This document shows positions 57,178 through 64,000 of a stretch of 64,000 nucleotides of DNA, in pieces (the first letter of the stretch is position 1; the number at the start of each line of letters is the position of its first letter). Below the pieces are notes generated by a model. That model was given only the letters and a program-made list of their open reading frames with translations, ran no database searches and had not been told where the DNA came from. Source of the DNA: an uncultured virus (IMG/VR IMGVR_UViG_3300009128_000013). Its lineage: Duplodnaviria > Heunggongvirae > Uroviricota > Caudoviricetes. The translations under genes were made by a program, and so were the position numbers. The stretch lies in the IMG/VR virus record IMGVR_UViG_3300009128_000013; one strand, 5' to 3'.

Positions 57178-59067
57178 TCATTGATGTGTAGGAGTACGCT
57201 TATCTTGTAATGTAAATGTTAACATTCTTGTTCTTTGCCTGTCTAAATTTAATATTAGGAACTTATACACCCCGGTGGAGTCATATGTCATTAATTTCAT
57301 ATCTTCTCCGTTGCCGTCGTTTACTTGTAAGTATTCAGGATCAAAGTATACTCTCATAGAATATCTTCTAGAGTCTGACATTTTATCTTCTAATAGTCGC
57401 TGGCTTGAAATATTTTTATCCAAGCGTGGGTCTAAAAAAGAGTTGGGATATTGTTTTGGTGCACCCTTTGAAGATATCCGCTTGACTGCTACGTTATTTT
57501 TCATAGCATTGTATTTTACATGATATTGAGTTGAATAATTAGAAGTCATTCCATGAGCGTCTATAGAACATAATGCGTAAATTGCATCTGCTGTCCCTGT
57601 ACTTCTCGAGAAGTCTTTATCACTATGATGGCTTATAGGCCCGGGTACAATAAAGTTGATATTGCTATTGACTACTTCAGCTGTTGCTATTTTCTCTATA
57701 GAATCGTCAAAATCGTATTGTGCGATTATTGTAAACGGCTCAAATATAGAGGACCTCCGGAATATTTGTATTTTTTTAACATCATTTTGCCTGACAACTG
57801 GATTTTGCCATTCTATGTATAATGACTCTTTCTTATAGTCGTATGTAAATGTTATTGCATTTGGTGGAGTAGGCGGAATTTCTTCTGTGCAATTAACTAG
57901 TCTTTCGCTACTTCTACGTGATCTAACTAGACAAGAGACATGACACATCGTTGTTGTGCCACCTGCTGCATTTCCCCCTAGACTAGCATTTGAGCTTCCC
58001 CCACCAGACACTACTGCTTCTGTAAAGCTGAGCAAACATACTGTGCTTACTGTATATGCATATGCCTTTCCGTATTTTATCTTCGTATCAATGGTTTGAT
58101 TAACACCCGGATTACTTACAAAAATAGATTCTTTGAGCTCGCGGCGGCCGTCTTTGAACACTTCAAACTTCTCTACAACATATCCAGCAATTTTAAGCTC
58201 AGGTGGGCTGTATGTTGTTACACCTGAAGACACAGCAAAAGCCTGAATGGCTGGTTCAAAGTCTGACTCTAGATCGATTCCGGTATGATCATTTTGAACT
58301 TGGCTCATCTGATACGCCTCAATTAGCTTTCTATCAAGTAAAGAAAATACGCAATCAGACGAAAATGGATTTCTAGACTGCTGATCTGTTATGTCTCTTA
58401 GTACTGATCTGTCTACTTGAAGTGAAAATCTTTGTGAAGCTGCTGATCTCAAAGGATTTAGCTCGATCTTTTTCCCCTCAGCTTCATTAATGTACGTGAC
58501 ACCAAATCTACTTGGATCAGAAGCCATCTCTAATAATAGCTCGCCGTCTACATCATCAGGCGTCATGTCATTCAATAGAGTAGCTACTTCATTTTGAGAA
58601 AGTTCAGACCCAGGAAGAGCACCCAATCTATATAGAGCTGATGTGTCAATCAAAGAAGTTATCTGTTTGACTAGATCTTTGTCCTGATAAACTACGATAT
58701 CACGGCCGTCAATTGTGACATCTGTCTCTCTATTTACTAAGCCCGCAGATGATGCTGCACTCAAATCAATAAGTCGACTATTGTCTAGAAAAAGATCCAC
58801 ATTATTTGATGTGAATCGTTCTGGCGTAGACCACTGCAAAGTGACATATCTAGCTAGTGACTTAAGTGATGTTCCACCTGATAGTAAAGCTTGTATTTGT
58901 GTTGCAGTGCCGCCGTCAGGTAATGGCATGCCTGTGTCGTCAATCATTTCATTGTTGACAAAATAATTATATATAAATCGCGTCTCTAGAGAGTCAACAG
59001 GACAGTCTGGAACGTTTAAATCTGTAATAGACTTTGTGATAAAGTCCACAGGTGCAGTTTGTGACAT
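57178..59067 (-). CDS. Hypothetical, probable virion protein with Fn3-like segments
   Basis: GYVVEK, YAYTVSTV, PPTPPN..IEW; GGAGG SD. Confidence 0.55.
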   Translation of the reverse strand: MSQTAPVDFITKSITDLNVPDCPVDSLETRFIYNYFVNNEMIDDTGMPLPDGGTATQIQALLSGGTSLKSLARYVTLQWSTPERFTSNNVDLFLDNSRLIDLSAASSAGLVNRETDVTIDGRDIVVYQDKDLVKQITSLIDTSALYRLGALPGSELSQNEVATLLNDMTPDDVDGELLLEMASDPSRFGVTYINEAEGKKIELNPLRSAASQRFSLQVDRSVLRDITDQQSRNPFSSDCVFSLLDRKLIEAYQMSQVQNDHTGIDLESDFEPAIQAFAVSSGVTTYSPPELKIAGYVVEKFEVFKDGRRELKESIFVSNPGVNQTIDTKIKYGKAYAYTVSTVCLLSFTEAVVSGGGSSNASLGGNAAGGTTTMCHVSCLVRSRRSSERLVNCTEEIPPTPPNAITFTYDYKKESLYIEWQNPVVRQNDVKKIQIFRRSSIFEPFTIIAQYDFDDSIEKIATAEVVNSNINFIVPGPISHHSDKDFSRSTGTADAIYALCSIDAHGMTSNYSTQYHVKYNAMKNNVAVKRISSKGAPKQYPNSFLDPRLDKNISSQRLLEDKMSDSRRYSMRVYFDPEYLQVNDGNGEDMKLMTYDSTGVYKFLILNLDRQRTRMLTFTLQDKRTPTHQ

Positions 59068-59079
59068 TGTACCTCCTCC

Positions 59080-62000
59080 TTATACCATTTCTACTGAATA
59101 GTAAATTGTATCTAAGTGATAAGCCAATTCTTTAACTTCAATTGAATTGTTACCAACATTAATTGTGCTTGTTCCGGTGTCATCTACATCATAATTGACT
59201 ACTGCATCTTGCAGTGACTGAATATCTGACTGTAGATCTACTGTCGCGCCAGGCAAGTTGCTAGTTCCTGACGAAGCTATGTTGTTTACCTGATCACCGT
59301 CACTATACACTTTTGGTAACATAAAATTAAATACTCTGTCAAATCTAGACGGTGCCATTATTCTAGAATTCTTAATTTTCCCGGCGTAAAGATTTGTTTG
59401 ACCCAGTGAGACAATTCTTCGAAGTTCTTCTCGTGTTGCTGACGGTGGGGTTGTAACGACTACTTGTGTCCCCTCCACATCAACTGTGACGTCCTTTCCA
59501 TGAATTGTGTTGTCTAGAGTACCATCAGAAATAGCAAAATAGAAATCATTGTTATGTTTTCCCGGCAGTAGAAGTTTGTGCAAAGAATTTGCGTTTAGTC
59601 CGCTTGATGATGCCACACTAGTGTCAGATAACACTGATTCTAAAGTATCGTACGCTTCCTTATCTATAGCCGGTTTTGATATTGATGACATACTATTGAT
59701 AAAGAAATCGCCTTCTGAAAGTGATATTCCAAATATTTCAAAAAATAGTAGAGATACGACATGGCTTCGAACATGTGCTTCCGCAACATCTACAGATATA
59801 CCCAGAGATGTCCAGTTTCCAGATTCTACTATTTCTCCAGCTCTTACTCTATAGAGTATTGCAGAATCGACAACATCAGCCCACAACGCAGACGTTGTCG
59901 TGTCTTCTCCAGTGTCTACTATGGTAGTTATGCTATCAAAAGAGTCTGGTAGCAAAAATAATTCAAAGTCAAATGTCACAGATTGACTTGGGTACGTAAG
60001 AGTCTTGAAAACCTCAGAAACTGTTGACTTAGTTACTTTTATTTGTGTAGACGTGTTAGATGATAATGCTTCACCGGAAAAGCCAGTAGGTCTTCGAAGT
60101 AATTCAATTGCTCCTGATGGCATGCCTATCGATGATATTATGTAACCGTTACCGTACTCTTCATCTTCTTCGGCAATCTTATCAACTAGTGAGTCTACAG
60201 CAACTCTTTCTGCTTTGCACATAGTGGCTGACTTCATTGTGTAAGATGATCTGCCGTCTTCAGACGTCATCCTTTCTTTGTCAACTAACTTAAGCGATAG
60301 TTGCTGAGATGTCAAGTGTCTAAATGTTTGATATTCATTACCACCGGGTTGTTTGGCTGCTGCAGTATATATTTTTGCTAAAAAGTCCACAGAAGAATCT
60401 GACATGCCTGAGGATTCTAGACTGTTTGTACTGGGGTTTGATAGAAAATCAACTAGATCTAGTGCATTGGACGAAGAATTAGTTAAGTTGTCTGCAACAG
60501 ATTTTAGTAGGCTGGCACAATACTTTACATGTCGTCGTGTTAATTTTGATCGCTCCAGCATGTTTATCAGCATGTCAGGAGTTGTACCCTCTAAAGAAAT
60601 AACAGATGTCTTAGACACCCCTGCTATCGATGATTCTTCTCCTGTTGATGTGAACAAGTCAGTTAATTTTGACCCTGTCTGTATTGAACTTACTAAAGCT
60701 GCAAGTGTTGATGACATCTTTTGGTGCATGTCATGGTCCCAATCAAGCATAGCAACTCCGGATTTGAGAGTTACATCAGATGTTCCGCTAACACCACCAA
60801 ATTTCACCTCAAGTGCTACATTTTGTGCCTCTGTAGTTTCTGTTGTATCTATTTGATATTCACTACTGCACCATGCAGCCTTTATCGAAAATAACATCTT
60901 GGCTAGTGTTGAATATAAATCTGTAACCAGAAACATAATTTGATTATCACTGACATTTCCAAAGTTAGTCAATCCATTTGAATCTAGATACGATGTTTCG
61001 TCGGCGCCGTTACGTTTCGACAATTCCATCGCGGCTTTTTGCAACGATCTAGTGAATCTAACAGATGAGTATACTAAAGAGTCGTCAGGTGAATCAGTAA
61101 TTACACCAAATCCGTCACCATTGTATAGTGATAGAGGATCTGTACTATTATCAATGTTCCAACCGTCTTCTTCTATGTAGCTTGTTTTTGATAAGTTACC
61201 TCGCCTATTATTTGTCATGTCTCTAAAGAGTATTAAAGACTCAGCTTGCGACAGTATAGAGGGTGATATACTTATTGTTTCGTCTAGAATTCCGTCTGCT
61301 GTAACTGATGAAGATCCTCCCGAATTATAATGTTTTTCTAGGGCAATTCTATAGTTTTTGACAGATGTTGACAAAGAATCTGATGCATATACATCATCAG
61401 CAAAAACATCTAGATTGCTTGATGTGGGTATTACCGACTTTTCAGTATCAGATAATAATTGATCATATTCGTAAGACATCAAGTATGATTGACGTGCTAG
61501 CATTTGAATCATCGTCAAACCACGCACACTGGCGCCGGATGTGCTAGTTGTGTATTGTCCAGAAAGCATACTTGACAGTGTAGCTTCACCATAAAATGAA
61601 TCTATACCCGCATACCCTGATGAGATTGCAGACGGCATTTCTGAATCTGAATATGCGTCATATCTTGCTACGCCGTCATGAGCGCGCGCCTCACTATATA
61701 CTTTGCATGAAAGAGCAGTCATTTCATTATAGTCAAAACTACTAGACGATATAGATAGTTTTTGAAGATACGTTGCAAATTCTTGCAAAACAGCAGCTAA
61801 TATCTTGTCGGGTGATAAGTTAGTGTCCTCAGATACTGCATACAATTCTTCTAAGTAATCACCCGAATCTGAAACTATCGATGAAAAACTGCTAGCAAAT
61901 TCAGAAAAATTGTTAGTTCTTCCAGCAGTCGGATAACGTATTGGAAGCTCTGTAAAATAGTCACGACCCGAGACAACTGGTGGCGATGTTTGATTCGGGT

Positions 62001-63354
62001 AGTGTCCTGACTCAAATGGTAGAATTCTTAACTCTGTGTCTCCCAATTCTTCGCCAATGACAACTGAGTCGAGAATAGAGCCTTCTTCAAATGACATATT
62101 GAGTATATTATCTGTGACTGTCATTGGAAGGGCACCAAAAGCTTTTTCTAAACCCCCATAACCATCTGTAACTGAGAATCTCGAGCCCATTTCAGTACCG
62201 CTTAAACGACCTATTCCTGCCGATGTTATCAGTATGTTTGACAACGTTGTTGCAATTGCTACTGCTCTGTCACTCAAAGAATCAGTTGAGAGCTGATCAA
62301 TAAGTGAAATATCACCAGCCCAAACTGGAGAATACAGTGACTTACGAAATCTTAGCGCACTTAAGTTATGAAGTCCGGGTGAAAATAGATCTTCTTTTCG
62401 ACTATTATGATATGTTGAAGATTCCGGGAGGCCAGAAGATGCTTCTGTTACTCCGAATGAAACGTATCCCTCAGTTGTTGATTGACCTCCTCGACTAGGG
62501 CCAGCGTCTGCGCCAGGGCCGAGTGTATATATTGACCTCACAATGTCATTACATGCAATTGCAATCATTTTAGTATTTGATGTTTCTCCAGGATCATAGC
62601 CTGTAATCCCTACCATTGACTTGAGAAAGCCCTCAAATGATGCTGGCGGTATAAATCCAGATGCTTCAGAATCAGTTAGTAGATCTGATGAATTTGAAGC
62701 AGCTAGATCCATTATTGCTACTTCTGAGAATTTTAAATCTATTGCATCAGCTGCTGTGTTCATAGTCTTTCTAGCATACTGTATTGCTGCAAATTGATCG
62801 ACCAATTCCTCGTCTATCACAGCAACATTCTCTGCCAGTGCAGTCATAATTCCATCTGGATCAACACTCATTGCAGAGTCTGTTAGTGCATCTAAGTTAG
62901 AAGTGCGCATATACCTGACTAGACGGCGTGCTTGCAATAAATTATGTGTATCAAATACTGCAAAATCTGCTGCATCAATTGATAGTATTACTTTAGGTCG
63001 AGTGCCATCTGTGTTTATATCAGATAGAAATCCCGTCACTTCACTCAAAGAGAATGAGTTATTGACAGTTACTCTAGTTTTTTGTGATGTAGGCTCTGCA
63101 ACTGTTTCTAGAGAAACTACACCCAATTCTAGTGCATCTATAACGCCCGCGGGTTCTTCTTCTTCTGTTAGCGCATCAGCAATTATAGTCAGATTTACCG
63201 ACATCAGATCATCATAACTAGTACCAGTCTCGAGCAAATTAGTTATATCAGCTGAAACTGTTCCACTCTTGCTAGATGTTTGTGATGATGAACTAGTAGC
63301 TACTCCAGTGTCTCTGGTAGTGCTTGTAGTACCGCCCAGCGTTGTCAATGCCAT
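59080..63354 (-). CDS. Large acidic Ser/Thr-rich hypothetical protein (1424 aa)
   Basis: Long ORF, translationally coupled to the upstream gene (TAATG). Confidence 0.75.
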   Translation of the reverse strand: MALTTLGGTTSTTRDTGVATSSSSQTSSKSGTVSADITNLLETGTSYDDLMSVNLTIIADALTEEEEPAGVIDALELGVVSLETVAEPTSQKTRVTVNNSFSLSEVTGFLSDINTDGTRPKVILSIDAADFAVFDTHNLLQARRLVRYMRTSNLDALTDSAMSVDPDGIMTALAENVAVIDEELVDQFAAIQYARKTMNTAADAIDLKFSEVAIMDLAASNSSDLLTDSEASGFIPPASFEGFLKSMVGITGYDPGETSNTKMIAIACNDIVRSIYTLGPGADAGPSRGGQSTTEGYVSFGVTEASSGLPESSTYHNSRKEDLFSPGLHNLSALRFRKSLYSPVWAGDISLIDQLSTDSLSDRAVAIATTLSNILITSAGIGRLSGTEMGSRFSVTDGYGGLEKAFGALPMTVTDNILNMSFEEGSILDSVVIGEELGDTELRILPFESGHYPNQTSPPVVSGRDYFTELPIRYPTAGRTNNFSEFASSFSSIVSDSGDYLEELYAVSEDTNLSPDKILAAVLQEFATYLQKLSISSSSFDYNEMTALSCKVYSEARAHDGVARYDAYSDSEMPSAISSGYAGIDSFYGEATLSSMLSGQYTTSTSGASVRGLTMIQMLARQSYLMSYEYDQLLSDTEKSVIPTSSNLDVFADDVYASDSLSTSVKNYRIALEKHYNSGGSSSVTADGILDETISISPSILSQAESLILFRDMTNNRRGNLSKTSYIEEDGWNIDNSTDPLSLYNGDGFGVITDSPDDSLVYSSVRFTRSLQKAAMELSKRNGADETSYLDSNGLTNFGNVSDNQIMFLVTDLYSTLAKMLFSIKAAWCSSEYQIDTTETTEAQNVALEVKFGGVSGTSDVTLKSGVAMLDWDHDMHQKMSSTLAALVSSIQTGSKLTDLFTSTGEESSIAGVSKTSVISLEGTTPDMLINMLERSKLTRRHVKYCASLLKSVADNLTNSSSNALDLVDFLSNPSTNSLESSGMSDSSVDFLAKIYTAAAKQPGGNEYQTFRHLTSQQLSLKLVDKERMTSEDGRSSYTMKSATMCKAERVAVDSLVDKIAEEDEEYGNGYIISSIGMPSGAIELLRRPTGFSGEALSSNTSTQIKVTKSTVSEVFKTLTYPSQSVTFDFELFLLPDSFDSITTIVDTGEDTTTSALWADVVDSAILYRVRAGEIVESGNWTSLGISVDVAEAHVRSHVVSLLFFEIFGISLSEGDFFINSMSSISKPAIDKEAYDTLESVLSDTSVASSSGLNANSLHKLLLPGKHNNDFYFAISDGTLDNTIHGKDVTVDVEGTQVVVTTPPSATREELRRIVSLGQTNLYAGKIKNSRIMAPSRFDRVFNFMLPKVYSDGDQVNNIASSGTSNLPGATVDLQSDIQSLQDAVVNYDVDDTGTSTINVGNNSIEVKELAYHLDTIYYSVEMV

Positions 63355-63989
63355 TACCTGTTCCTTCCTTTTCCGCTAGACCTACGAGATGATCTTTTTG
63401 TTGAGCTTTGTGTAGACTTAGCCCTAGATGAACTTGATGTACCTTGTAACCTAGCTGTAGATTCATCTACTGACAAAGATTTGATCTGTGATGCAGTTGC
63501 TTTCTTTGGTTTGCTACTTGAAGCAGATGATGATCTTCTTTTTGTAGACGTAGATCCTACCCTAGCTGCACCTTGGACGCTTTTCTGTGATACTAATGCT
63601 GCTTGTGAGACTCCGGAAGCATCTCGCATAATTGTAAATTTGCCTGTCTTGGTAGATCTACCACCTGGTATAACGCTCTTAGAATTCTTACTTGACAGTC
63701 TAGCAGCTTTGTGTGAGCCGGCTTTCGAACCTCCAACACCTACAATATTATCCGGCATTGAATTCTTGGGTGCATGTTTTAAGCTCAACAATATGCTTGG
63801 AACATCAGACGATTGTGACAGAGTTGCTGACTTTGTTGGATTGTACGTTTTGGTATAATTATTATTTACAAGAATAATAAAGTACTCTATGTCACCCAAC
63901 TCACGGGACAATTGTAAATCTCTAAATGTGTATGTTGACCCCTTAGACTGACCGGGTGTTACTGATCCTAGCACACTCGTTGTACCCAT
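63354..63989 (-). CDS. Hypothetical protein with a Ser/Lys/Arg-rich tail, possibly 5'-truncated by the window edge
   Basis: The frame stays open from the ATG to position 64000. Confidence 0.6.
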   Translation of the reverse strand: MGTTSVLGSVTPGQSKGSTYTFRDLQLSRELGDIEYFIILVNNNYTKTYNPTKSATLSQSSDVPSILLSLKHAPKNSMPDNIVGVGGSKAGSHKAARLSSKNSKSVIPGGRSTKTGKFTIMRDASGVSQAALVSQKSVQGAARVGSTSTKRRSSSASSSKPKKATASQIKSLSVDESTARLQGTSSSSRAKSTQSSTKRSSRRSSGKGRNR

Positions 63990-64000
63990 ATATCTGCAGC

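Noticed and set aside
682..63858. Numerous plus-strand ORFs in the six-frame track
   Set aside because: All are antisense shadows of long minus-strand genes, with no recognisable motifs or SDs.
1..64000. Stop-codon reassignment as seen in some huge phages
   Set aside because: Genes are full length and densely packed under the standard code; TAA, TAG and TGA all serve as stops.

Overview
This window is part of a large T4-like (Tevenvirinae-style, 'huge phage') myovirus genome. Essentially all credible genes lie on the minus strand, and no tRNA, rRNA or CRISPR array is visible. In transcription order (high to low coordinates) it holds: putative baseplate/fibre proteins; RuvC resolvase; primase; a single-chain Mre11-Rad50 (SbcD-SbcC) fusion; large terminase; a portal interrupted by three HNH inteins; prohead protease; small head-associated proteins; ribosomal protein bS21; scaffold; major capsid; a Hef-like homing endonuclease; neck and tail-terminator proteins; two tandem tail sheaths; tail tube; a tail-assembly chaperone pair; tape measure; baseplate; a compact family A DNA polymerase; an HD hydrolase; a gp32-like SSB; and RecA/UvsX. 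The highlights are: (1) recA appears broken by a naturally split intein with a very short 36-aa N-fragment, with the partner ORF starting at the window edge; (2) three inteins in the portal, one ending in an atypical Tyr-Gln; (3) a probable +1/-2 programmed frameshift on a U7 tract in the tail chaperone; (4) a recurrent ATAYTTA upstream motif, a candidate late promoter; (5) a (CAAACUAA)4 leader abutting the SSB ribosome-binding site, a candidate autoregulatory operator. All family calls come from motif recognition by eye and gene order; no database searches were run.
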